DNA of 64,000 nt from Myxococcales bacterium (GTDB lineage: Bacteria; Myxococcota_A; Polyangia; Polyangiales; DASUME01). The notes under the pieces were generated by a model that was given only the letters and a program-made list of their open reading frames with translations, did not search any database and had not been told where the DNA came from. The stretch is taken from positions 1,824,001 through 1,888,000 of the forward strand of contig JASGJH010000001.1 in NCBI GenBank assembly GCA_047601445.1. The letters are read 5' to 3'. Numbering within the stretch: position 1 is the stretch's first letter; every line of letters starts with the position of its first letter. A program made the position numbers and the translations under genes. Below, piece by piece: positions 46,922 to 55,746 of the stretch.

Positions 46922-48732
46922 AGCGTCGAGAGCTCCTGCTCCAGCGTCTGGCGAGCGCACAGCCGGGCGTAGAGTCCGCCGCGCTTGAGTAGCTCGGCGT
47001 GACTGCCGAACTCCGCGACGCTGCCGTGATCCAGCACCAGGATGCGATCGCAGTGGGCGGCCGCGGCGGTGCGATTCGTGATCAGGAGCATCGTGCGTCC
47101 GACCGCGGCTTGGTCGAGCGCGTCGAGAATGATCCGCTCGGTGCGCGCGTCGACTGCGCTCAGCGGGTCGTCGAGGATCAACACCGAGGGATTGTTCAAC
47201 ATCGCGCGTGCCAGAGCGATGCGCTGCTTCTGGCCACCCGAGAGCTGCACGCCGCGCTCGCCGACCACCGTGTCGAGGCCGTCCTTCAGCTGCTCGATCT
47301 CCTGCAAGATCGCCGCTTCCTGCGCCGCCCCGCGCACGGCGGCCATGCCCGCATCGCTGTCCGGGTCGGGCAGGCTGAAGCCGATGTTGCGCGCCACCGT
47401 GGTGGAGAATAGGAACGGATCCTGGGGTGCATACCCTACCGCCTTGCGCAGCTCGCCGAGGCGAAGGCTGGTGACGTCGGCGCCATCGAGAAACACGCTG
47501 CCAGCCGGGGTCGGGGAGAGCCGCGCCAACAGCGCCGCCAACACGCTCTTGCCGCTGCCCGTGCGACCCATGATGGCGAGGGAAGAGCCCGCCGGCACCT
47601 CGAACGAGACGTCGCGCAGCAGGGAGCGACCTTCGATGGCGTAGTTCAGGTGGCTGACCGTCACGTGCCCCTCGCCAAACCGCCCGTTCTCGCGGCGGGG
47701 GATGGCGCGCGCGTCGCGGGGCTCCGGGATCACCGGTTCGGCGTCCAAGATCTCGCGCACGCGCGCATAGGATGCACGGCCGCGCTGCACGATGGAGAGG
47801 ATGTAGCCCGCCGCCATGGTCGGCCACACGAGCTGCGTCAGATAGGCGTAGAAGGCCAGGAGCTCGCCCTTGGTCAGCTCCCCTGCGTTCACCATCACGC
47901 CGCCCGCGTAGAGCACGATCAGCGTACCCGCCGTGCTCAAGCCCATCAGCACGGGCGTCATCGACGCGCGCAGCATCACCAGCGACATGGTGCGCTGAAC
48001 GGCCTCCTGGTTGGTCGCGTCGAAGCGCTTGGCCTCGAACCCGTCGGCCGCGTAGGCACGCACCACGCGCACGCCGCTCAGGTACTCCTGCACGCGCTCG
48101 GCGAGCTTGCCGAGCACTACCTGGTTTTCCTGGCTCACGTGGAAGAGCTTGCGCACGAAGGCGCGCGCCGCGAGCACGAACAGGGGATAGGGAATCAGGG
48201 CGTAGAGCGTGAGCTTGGGGGAGATGGCCACCATCAACGCCAGCGCGCTCAGGTAGGCCACCACCGCGTTCACCAGATTGAGCGAACCGAAGCCCAACAG
48301 GAGCCGTACTTGCGCGAGGTCGTTGGTGGCGCGGCTCATCACGTCGCCCGTCGGCATGCGCGTCAGGAACGCGGCCCCCAGCCGGTGCAGCTGGTCGAGC
48401 AGCGCGGTGCGCAGGTCGAACTCGATGTCGCGGCCCACGTTGAAGATGGCGATGCGCGAGATGGTGCGCGTGACCATCATGGCGAGAGCGCACAGGACCA
48501 CCCATGCGGCGGACCAGGTGACGCGGTCCAGTGCCTCGGCGCTGAAGGCGTCGACGCCGCGCTTGAGGAACCAGGGAATGGCCTTTTCGAGCGCGTTGGT
48601 GGCAAGCAGCGTCAGGCCGCCGAGCGCGAGCGCCCCCAGGTGGTCCCGGAGCAGCGCGAAGAGGCCACGGCCTTTGACCATCTGGCTCCCAGTCGCCGGT
48701 CCGGCTACCACCGTTACGGTGCGTTTTGTCAC
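46918..48732 (-). CDS. ABC exporter half (TMD+NBD, degenerate site)
   Basis: TGDVMSRATND, GRTGSGKS, LSGGQKQR, Walker B ILDD, H-switch replaced (ITNR). Start GTG 48732 or ATG 48681. Confidence 0.93.
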   Translation of the reverse strand: MTKRTVTVVAGPATGSQMVKGRGLFALLRDHLGALALGGLTLLATNALEKAIPWFLKRGVDAFSAEALDRVTWSAAWVVLCALAMMVTRTISRIAIFNVGRDIEFDLRTALLDQLHRLGAAFLTRMPTGDVMSRATNDLAQVRLLLGFGSLNLVNAVVAYLSALALMVAISPKLTLYALIPYPLFVLAARAFVRKLFHVSQENQVVLGKLAERVQEYLSGVRVVRAYAADGFEAKRFDATNQEAVQRTMSLVMLRASMTPVLMGLSTAGTLIVLYAGGVMVNAGELTKGELLAFYAYLTQLVWPTMAAGYILSIVQRGRASYARVREILDAEPVIPEPRDARAIPRRENGRFGEGHVTVSHLNYAIEGRSLLRDVSFEVPAGSSLAIMGRTGSGKSVLAALLARLSPTPAGSVFLDGADVTSLRLGELRKAVGYAPQDPFLFSTTVARNIGFSLPDPDSDAGMAAVRGAAQEAAILQEIEQLKDGLDTVVGERGVQLSGGQKQRIALARAMLNNPSVLILDDPLSAVDARTERIILDALDQAAVGRTMLLITNRTAAAAHCDRILVLDHGSVAEFGSHAELLKRGGLYARLCARQTLEQELSTL

Positions 48733-50066
48733 GGGGAGGGCGTGCCGGAAGGGAGCAAGCCCTGCTTCAGCGCGACGCGCTCGATGCCGCCCCAGGCCTG
48801 GTGGGCCTTGCCGGCCGCCGGCGTATCCCCGAGCAGCTCGTACAGCTTCGGCATGGCCAGCGTGAGCCCCGCGCGGGTCCGCAGGCCTTGCTCGAGCCGC
48901 TCGCGAACCTGACGCAGGTCCGTGGCCGCGGGGACGATCAGCTTGCCGTAGAACAGGTTGGAGCTGCCGTCGCTGCTCGAGCGCTCGTCGAACACCACGG
49001 CGTGCACATCGCTTCCGAGATCGGCCGCCAGGGCCTGCACCATGCCGCGCTGCTTCTGCATACCCACGAAGCGCAGACGACGCTCATCCCCCGGGCGCAG
49101 GATCGAGAGCAGCGGAAACACCGGCACCGGACGCCCTTCCACGGTGTTCACACGCACCGGCGCGCCGTCCCACAACACGACGTCGCCCCAGTCCACGTTG
49201 GCCTTGCGCACGGTGGGGGTGTGGACCACGCCGTGGCACGGGGAGAGCGGCTCGACCCACAGCACTTCGAACGTCACCACGTGGGGCGGCAGCGGGTCAT
49301 TGCGGCCGACGTCTTCGCCAAGCGTCGCCACGCGCACCTGCATGGGCGGCACGCCAGGCACGCTGGGCATGCCCGAACTGGAAAGCTCTCCCTTGATGCC
49401 CAGCTTGTCCCAGGCTTCGAGCGCGAGTCGTCCTTCGCCGAGGGCCGTGGCGCAGATGGCCAAGTTCCACACTACCGGCTTGTGCGCCCCGAGCCGGGCG
49501 TAGGCCTTCTGGTTCGCGTCCAGCCCCTCCCGAAAGCGCCCCCTCCACTTGTGGAAGAGACCGAGGTGGAACCACCAGTGGCCGTTCTTGTCGTCGATGG
49601 TCAGCGCCAGCTTGTAAGCCTTGAGCGCATCCTCATCGTACTCGGGGCCCATCATGCGTAGCCCGTCAGCCATGTTGAGCTGGAGGTACCCACCCAAACG
49701 GGGGTCGGTGCGCTGGGCCGAAGAGAGCCCCTCGAAGGCACGCTGGCAGGCTCCCGCGGCGAGGTGCGCGGGGCCCTGAACGAAGGGTGGCTCGTCGCCA
49801 GGGCGTTGCTCGGCCACCCGCACCAGAGCGGCCGACAGTCGGATCACCAGCTCGGCGTCGTTGCCGAAGGCAGACACGATGCGTTCACTGACCGGGAGCG
49901 CATCGCTGTAGTTGGGGTCCTGAGCCAGGAGCTCTGCGAACGCGAGCGCCGCTTCTCGATCGGTGCCGACCGCAGGGACGAAGGCGTCTGCCACCTTCCA
50001 TGCCTGGTCGGAGCGACCGGCGGCTAATTTTTCGAGGGCTTCCTTCAACACGGCAGCGCAATTCAT
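48729..50066 (-). CDS. TPR-containing hypothetical protein
   Basis: ALKAYKLALTIDDKNGHWWFHLGLFHK..GRFREG, VWNLAICATALG; stop overlaps the ABC start. Confidence 0.78.
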   Translation of the reverse strand: MNCAAVLKEALEKLAAGRSDQAWKVADAFVPAVGTDREAALAFAELLAQDPNYSDALPVSERIVSAFGNDAELVIRLSAALVRVAEQRPGDEPPFVQGPAHLAAGACQRAFEGLSSAQRTDPRLGGYLQLNMADGLRMMGPEYDEDALKAYKLALTIDDKNGHWWFHLGLFHKWRGRFREGLDANQKAYARLGAHKPVVWNLAICATALGEGRLALEAWDKLGIKGELSSSGMPSVPGVPPMQVRVATLGEDVGRNDPLPPHVVTFEVLWVEPLSPCHGVVHTPTVRKANVDWGDVVLWDGAPVRVNTVEGRPVPVFPLLSILRPGDERRLRFVGMQKQRGMVQALAADLGSDVHAVVFDERSSSDGSSNLFYGKLIVPAATDLRQVRERLEQGLRTRAGLTLAMPKLYELLGDTPAAGKAHQAWGGIERVALKQGLLPSGTPSP

Positions 50067-50232
50067 GGCGGCGTGTTGTAGCAGCTCCTGGGCCCAGGTC
50101 GCGGGTGCGCGCGCACCTACTCGACCGGACACGGGTGCGGCCGAATCCCAAGAAATACTTATGGGTTAGCCAAGCCCCCGCGCGTTCCCGCCTTGCGCCA
50201 AGTACGCCTCTTTACGTACTCTGGCCGAGTCC

Positions 50233-51072
50233 GTGACGGTGTCCGTTCCACCCACCCCTGTGCTCCTTCGCCGAAGCGCTGGACTCACCGACGTGGGCCG
50301 ACGCCGCGTCAGCAACGAGGACAGCTACTTCTTCGACGACGCCATGGGTCTGTACGCCGTGGCCGACGGAATGGGCGGCCACGCTGCAGGCGAAGTCGCG
50401 AGCCAGGAAGCCATCGACACCATGCGCGGCATGGTTCGCCAGGGTGCAGGACTCTTGAGCGCGGTGGAAGCCGGCGATCATTCGGCGCAGACCTTGTGGC
50501 GCATGGGTCGCTTGCTGGAGAGCGCCGTGCAAGCCGCCACGTACATGGTCTTCGGCATCGCGCAGAACGATCCGGAGCAAGCCGGTATGGGCACCACGAT
50601 CTCCGCGCTCTTGCTGTGCGGTCCCTTCGGCGTCACGGCGCAGGTGGGGGACAGCCGCGTGTACCAGGTGCGCGACGGGCGCGTGTCCCAGCTGACCGAA
50701 GATCACACGCTGATCGCCTGGCAGTTGAAGCAGGGCATCATCTCGGAGCGCGAGGCGGCCATGTCGCCCCACAAGAACGTGATCACGCGCGCCGTCGGCA
50801 GTCGCGAGTACGTGCAAGTGGACACGACCTTCTTCCAGACCGAGCCCAACGATCAGTACCTCGTGTGCTCGGACGGTCTGCACGGCTACCTGCGGGAAGA
50901 CGAGATCGCGGCCATCACCGCGCTTGGCCCGCAGGCTGCGGTGCGACGCTTCATCGACACTGCGAATCTGCGCGGTGGACGCGATAACATCACGGCCATC
51001 GTCGTCGAGGTCGAGCCGGGTAGTCCCAGCGTTCCTTCTCCTGCGAGCCGGCCACCTTTCCCAGGGCGATGA
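50233..51072 (+). CDS. PP2C/Stp1-family Ser/Thr phosphatase
   Basis: TDVGRRR..NED, VADGMGGHAAGEVAS, GMGTT, VGDSRVY, CSDGLH, GGRDNIT. Confidence 0.95.
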   Translation: MTVSVPPTPVLLRRSAGLTDVGRRRVSNEDSYFFDDAMGLYAVADGMGGHAAGEVASQEAIDTMRGMVRQGAGLLSAVEAGDHSAQTLWRMGRLLESAVQAATYMVFGIAQNDPEQAGMGTTISALLLCGPFGVTAQVGDSRVYQVRDGRVSQLTEDHTLIAWQLKQGIISEREAAMSPHKNVITRAVGSREYVQVDTTFFQTEPNDQYLVCSDGLHGYLREDEIAAITALGPQAAVRRFIDTANLRGGRDNITAIVVEVEPGSPSVPSPASRPPFPGR

Positions 51073-51515
51073 GCAGTTTACCCCCCATCGCAGGCGGCAC
51101 GATCGAAGTCTCCTCGGCACGTTGGCCCCTGATCAAGGTGCGCTTCGTGGGCCAAGCCGACGACGTCACCGTCGACAACTACCTCGAGGAGTTGAGCCGC
51201 GCGATCAGCCGGCCCGGCCGGCGCACCCTACTGATGGACGCCACCGAGTGCGGTTACGTCAGCTCCTACGCGCGCAGGCGGCAAGCCGAGTGGATGCGCC
51301 AGCAGGAGCCCACGATCCGCAGGGAGACCGTGGGCATTGCGTTCGCGCTCACGGCCCCGCTGGTACGCGGCGCGCTGACTGCCATCCTGTGGCTCGAGCC
51401 CCTCTCCTGCCCCTACGCCGTGGTGCGCGACGAGGCAGCAGCCCTGTCGCGCTGCCGCGCCTGGCTCGAGCCCTACGGACTCGCGATTCCCGAGCGCACG
51501 CGCGTTCCCGCCTGA
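51069..51515 (+). CDS. STAS/SEC14-like small protein
   Basis: ATGA overlap with PP2C; WPLI.V, LLMDA, RRRQAEW, GIAF...PLVRGALTAILWL pattern. Confidence 0.6.
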   Translation: MSSLPPIAGGTIEVSSARWPLIKVRFVGQADDVTVDNYLEELSRAISRPGRRTLLMDATECGYVSSYARRRQAEWMRQQEPTIRRETVGIAFALTAPLVRGALTAILWLEPLSCPYAVVRDEAAALSRCRAWLEPYGLAIPERTRVPA

Positions 51516-51590
51516 TCTGCCTGTGCCAGACCGGGCGAAGCCGCTGAACTGCGTGGCGCCGAGTGCGCTCTCGCGCGGCCCTTGCGGCGC

Positions 51591-51606
51591 GGGCACGCAG
51601 GTTGCC
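51591..51606 (+). promoter_or_regulatory. Putative sigma54 promoter
   Basis: GGGCACGCAGGTTGCC, close to TGGCACG-N4-TTGC. Confidence 0.65.
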
Positions 51607-51617
51607 TTTGCAGCAGC

Positions 51618-52850
51618 GTGGCCACGCACGCGCATCCCCCTAACCGACCGATCCTCGAGAGCCTCACCGATTTCTCGCTCACGCGAGGCGGGCTGTTCTT
51701 TCGGCTAGCCGGACGCTTCAAGCTCCTCCCACGCAGCGGTCAGCTGGGCACGCGCCTGGTGCTTGGTGCCGCCGGATTATGCTGGATTCCCGTGGTGCTG
51801 CTGGTCCTACTGGAGCACTTCACCACCGGTAGCTGGGACCCGCTCTTCACGCGCACCGAGCTCCACGTGCGCATGTTGTTCTCGCTGACGCTGCTGCTGT
51901 GGGGCGAGTGGTTCTTCGAGCAACGAGTGCGCAGCACGAGCCGCCACTTGCTCGACCACGACTTCATCCCCGAGGCCAAGCAGGCCAGCTGGCGTGAGGT
52001 GATCATCAAGGTGCTGCGTGTCCGCGATTCGTGGGCTCCGGAGATCACGCTGCTCGTGTGCGTCTATGCGATCTCGCTGATCGCGTACATGGGCTACCTG
52101 GAACCGCACGTCCTGCGCTGGCTCGCGCCCACCATCCACGAGGCCGGGGTGCACTGGGAGAAGGCCACACCTGCCTGGTGGTGGTACATGTTGATCAGCC
52201 AGCCGCTCTTCCTGTTCGTGCTCTTGCGCTGGATCTCGCGCTGGTTCCTGTACACCAACTTCATGTGGTCCCTGGCGCGGATGCCGCCGGCGGTTCAACC
52301 GCTGCACTCGGATCGCGCTGGAGGTCTGCTCTTTTTGGCGGAGCCGCTGCTGGCCCTACGCTTCTTCGCCCTGGCCACCTCGGGGGCGCTGATGTCCGTG
52401 TGGCTCGACGAGCTCGACCGCAGCAAGGCACAGCCCGCCATCTTCGCGGCCGACATTATCGTCTTCGTGGCGATCTCGATGGGCCTGGCGGTCCTGCCCT
52501 ATCTGCCGTTCACCAGGGTCCTGGCCGAGGGCAAGCACCGCAGCTTGCTGGCCTGCTCGGCGGTGATGGACCGCTACACACGCCGCTTCGAAGATCGCTG
52601 GTATCCGCTCGACGAGGCACGCGATGACGAGCGCATGCTGGGCAACGAAGACTTCTCCGGGCTCGTGGATTCGGGATCCAGCTACGCCGTCCTCGAAGAC
52701 ATGCGCATCACGCTGCCGGGCCCGAAGTTCCTCAAGGCCCATTTCGTCGCCGCCGTCCTTCCCTTCGTGGTGATCATGGTGATCTACGGTCCGCCTGCCG
52801 CGGATGTCCTCAAGGCCATCTTGGGACGCTTGGTGGAGGGAGGGGAGTGA
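51618..52850 (+). CDS. Multi-TM membrane protein of unknown function
   Basis: About 6-7 hydrophobic helices; FSLTRGGL, SQPLFLF, PLHSDRAGGLLFL motifs; likely GTG start at 51618. Confidence 0.78.
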   Translation: MATHAHPPNRPILESLTDFSLTRGGLFFRLAGRFKLLPRSGQLGTRLVLGAAGLCWIPVVLLVLLEHFTTGSWDPLFTRTELHVRMLFSLTLLLWGEWFFEQRVRSTSRHLLDHDFIPEAKQASWREVIIKVLRVRDSWAPEITLLVCVYAISLIAYMGYLEPHVLRWLAPTIHEAGVHWEKATPAWWWYMLISQPLFLFVLLRWISRWFLYTNFMWSLARMPPAVQPLHSDRAGGLLFLAEPLLALRFFALATSGALMSVWLDELDRSKAQPAIFAADIIVFVAISMGLAVLPYLPFTRVLAEGKHRSLLACSAVMDRYTRRFEDRWYPLDEARDDERMLGNEDFSGLVDSGSSYAVLEDMRITLPGPKFLKAHFVAAVLPFVVIMVIYGPPAADVLKAILGRLVEGGE

Positions 52851-53774
52851 ATGGGCACGGACACAACGCGAGGTTGGCTGAGGGGGCTCTGTGCACTCGG
52901 ATTGGGGCTTGCCGCCTGCTCGAGCTCCCACGACAACGAAGCACCCACGCCGGTTCGCGGCACCTTCAGCGTGCTCACCTACAACGTCGCGGGCCTGCCG
53001 GAGGGCATCTCGGGCTCCCACCCCGCGGTCAACACCGCGCTCATGAGTCCGCTGCTCGACGACTACGAGGTGGTGCTAGTGCAGGAGGACTTCGCCTACC
53101 ACCAGGAGCTCGTGCACAGCGCGACGCAGCTCTACCAATCAGCACCCGACAAGGCCCAGGACTCCCTCGGCGACGGCCTCAACATCCTCTCCGACTTCCC
53201 CTTCGACGGCCCGGTTCGGGCGCACTGGAAGGACTGCAACGGGCAACTCGACGCGGGCAGCGATTGCCTGACGCCCAAGGGATTTTTCGTGGTCCAGATG
53301 CAGGTGGCCGAGGGAGCCATCATCGACGTTTACAACCTGCATGCCGACGCCGGTCGCTCGCCGGCGGACGCGGCCGCACGACAGGGTAACTTCGCACAGC
53401 TCCAGGCGGCCATCCTGGCCAACTCCCAGGACCACGCCGTGATCGTCGCCGGTGACTTCAACGAGCGCTACAGCTACGTGGACCAGCACGTGTCCGGCCT
53501 GCTCAGCGGGGCGGATCTGAAGGACGTCTGGGTCGAGCTCGAGCGGGGCTCGGTATTGCCACCCTCCCCCAGCGGGGAAGCCCCCGAATGCGCGAACGAC
53601 GAGGCCAATCTGATGTGTGAGCGCATCGACAAGATCCTCTATCGCAGCAGCGCCAGCGTGACCCTGACCCCCACTGGATACCGGGTGGACAGCCAGCGCT
53701 TCACGGACGCGGATGGGCGGCCCCTCTCGGATCATCCGCCGGTGGTGGCGACCTTCGATTTCGTCGCCCAGTGA
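52851..53774 (+). CDS. Endonuclease/exonuclease/phosphatase (EEP) family lipoprotein
   Basis: Lipobox LAAC; TYNV, VQEDF, NLH, AGDFN, IDKI, LSDH. Confidence 0.9.
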   Translation: MGTDTTRGWLRGLCALGLGLAACSSSHDNEAPTPVRGTFSVLTYNVAGLPEGISGSHPAVNTALMSPLLDDYEVVLVQEDFAYHQELVHSATQLYQSAPDKAQDSLGDGLNILSDFPFDGPVRAHWKDCNGQLDAGSDCLTPKGFFVVQMQVAEGAIIDVYNLHADAGRSPADAAARQGNFAQLQAAILANSQDHAVIVAGDFNERYSYVDQHVSGLLSGADLKDVWVELERGSVLPPSPSGEAPECANDEANLMCERIDKILYRSSASVTLTPTGYRVDSQRFTDADGRPLSDHPPVVATFDFVAQ

Positions 53775-53796
53775 GCCGTGCTAAACATGCGGGCCT

Positions 53797-55380
53797 ATGC
53801 GTCGCCCGGGTGTGAAGGACGCGATCGGCACCTTCGCTGCATTCCTGTATTCCCTGCCTGCCTGGAGCTATCCCTTCGGCAACGACCAGTCGCTTCACTG
53901 GTACATCGGCGACAACTGGCTAGACGGCACCCTGCCCTTCGTCTCGGCCATCAGCAGTAAGCCCATCGGGATGTTCGCGGTGCACGCGCTGTCGACAGCG
54001 CTGTTCGGCAGCGGCATGTGGCCCATTCGCGTGACCGAGTCCCTCACGGTGCTTTTGGTGGGCTGGCTCGTGGCCTTGAGCGCCCGCCGCCTCGGCGAAC
54101 CCGGGCAGGACGGCGAGTGGGGCCTCGGGGCCATGCTCTTCTCGGGCATTTACTACACGTTCTACGACTACTGGGACACCGCCCATCCCGAGCTCTGGAT
54201 GTCCACCTGCGCCCTCGCCGCCTTCGTGGTGGCGCTGCGCGCACGCACACCCTGGACGCGCGACGCCGGGGCCGGCGCGCTGGCCACCGCGGCCTTCATG
54301 TTCAAGTACCCAGCGGCCCTGCCAGCACTCGGGGTCTCCGCGTTGTGCGCGCTGCGTGCGTACTCGGAGCGCGAGCCTGGTGAGGGCCTCGCGGGCCAAG
54401 TGCGCGGCGGTGCCAAAGCGGTGCTCTGGGCGGCCGGTCGCTTCCTGTGCGGCGTGCTGCCCGTGGTGCTGCTGGTCCTGTTACCGTTCGTCCTCGGCGG
54501 TGGGCTCAAGCCGATGTGGGAGATCCTCGGGGTCTACATCTTTCACTACGCCGAGCAGGCGCCGCCGGTGCGCGGACTGCCCGCCTGGTTCCGTATCGAA
54601 CGTGGCGGTCTGTTGTTCCTTTTGACCTTCGTGCTCACCAGCATGGCAGCGGTCACCGTGCGCGAACGTCGCGACCGCGACGGCCTGTGGCGGCTGTCGT
54701 GGGTCGCCGTGGGCGCCGTGCTCGCGCTCCTGTCCGTGATCGCGCAGAAGCGCTATTTCCCTTACCACTTCGTGGCCATCGGCAGCTTCTGCGCCGCCTT
54801 GTGTGCGATCGCCATCCGGATCTTCCCGCGCACCCACGGCGCACCGTCGTGGACCACGCTGGGTGTCAGTGCGCTCGTCATCGCCGGGGTCTTCTACTTT
54901 GCGCCCACCAGCGGGCTCGGCCAGAGCTATCGCGGCTACGTGAAATCCCTGATCGCCTACCGCACTGGCGAGACCGATCGCGACGCCATGTTGCGCGGCA
55001 TCAACAACCCGCGCAGCCTCGACTCGCCACTCTTCGTCGAGCACGTGGCGGCCAGGATCAACGCGCTGAAGAAGCCCGGCGACACCCTGTGCGCGCGCGG
55101 CTTCCTCACGCCACTGCACCCACTCACCGGGCTGCGCTGCCCATCGCGTCACATCGTGGAGGAGAACGTCAACACGGGTCTTCCCGATTGGCGGCGCGAG
55201 TACCGCGAGACGCTCGAGAAGCATCCACCGACGTTCATGGTCACCTTCAGTGATCGGCCCCGCGATGTGAAGTACCTCCAGGACCGCGGCTACATCCTCG
55301 TCTACCAGGAGCACATCTTCCGGGTCTTCAGCACCCGACCGGCGCCTGCAGGCTTCGACACGGGCGCCCCTCGGCGCTGA
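53797..55380 (+). CDS. Polytopic GT-C-like (ArnT/PMT, GT39-like) glycosyltransferase
   Basis: GNDQ..HWYIG..WL.G.LP......KPIG, HPELW, FMFKYP, RYFPYHF; ~10 TM segments plus a periplasmic C-domain. Confidence 0.7.
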   Translation: MRRPGVKDAIGTFAAFLYSLPAWSYPFGNDQSLHWYIGDNWLDGTLPFVSAISSKPIGMFAVHALSTALFGSGMWPIRVTESLTVLLVGWLVALSARRLGEPGQDGEWGLGAMLFSGIYYTFYDYWDTAHPELWMSTCALAAFVVALRARTPWTRDAGAGALATAAFMFKYPAALPALGVSALCALRAYSEREPGEGLAGQVRGGAKAVLWAAGRFLCGVLPVVLLVLLPFVLGGGLKPMWEILGVYIFHYAEQAPPVRGLPAWFRIERGGLLFLLTFVLTSMAAVTVRERRDRDGLWRLSWVAVGAVLALLSVIAQKRYFPYHFVAIGSFCAALCAIAIRIFPRTHGAPSWTTLGVSALVIAGVFYFAPTSGLGQSYRGYVKSLIAYRTGETDRDAMLRGINNPRSLDSPLFVEHVAARINALKKPGDTLCARGFLTPLHPLTGLRCPSRHIVEENVNTGLPDWRREYRETLEKHPPTFMVTFSDRPRDVKYLQDRGYILVYQEHIFRVFSTRPAPAGFDTGAPRR

Positions 55381-55408
55381 GCGAGCGCGACCCACCGATG
55401 CCGTCGGC

Positions 55409-55490
55409 GTGAGCGAAGCGAACCTCGCGGCGGGGTGGGTCCCGGCGCGGCGTTGCCCCGACGGGCGGGGAGGTCGCGTGACCTCCCCGC
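55409..55490 (-). repeat. Repeat copy 4 (full length, inverted)
   Basis: 75/80 identity to 25701-25780; 11-bp stem GCGGGGAGGTC/GACCTCCCCGC at 55465-55490. Confidence 0.9.
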
Positions 55491-55746
55491 GAATGAAGGG
55501 CTCGCTTGGCTCGCTGTGCTCCCAGTCCTCACCTCTCCTCTGACTCCATCTCGACCCGTTCGGCGCACGCTCGTGCCCATGAGCGCACGCGTCGCGTAGT
55601 CCATCCGCGGGCTTTCACCGAGCTTCCCAACTTCGCTACGGCCGGGCCGCGACTCGGCAGTTAGGGTGCCCATCCCCTTTCACGGCAAGCGCGCTGCGTC
55701 GCCTCACGGGTGAGCGCACGAGCCTGCATTTTCTGGAGGATGACGA

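Noticed and set aside
46922..48505. N-terminal 527 aa of the 1170-aa ABC ORF; likewise the upstream extensions of ORFs 3323, 9599-11218, 30697 and 57622
   Set aside because: These are out-of-frame read-throughs over neighbouring genes. The real starts are downstream, at 46921, 3848, 10849, 31435 and 58231.
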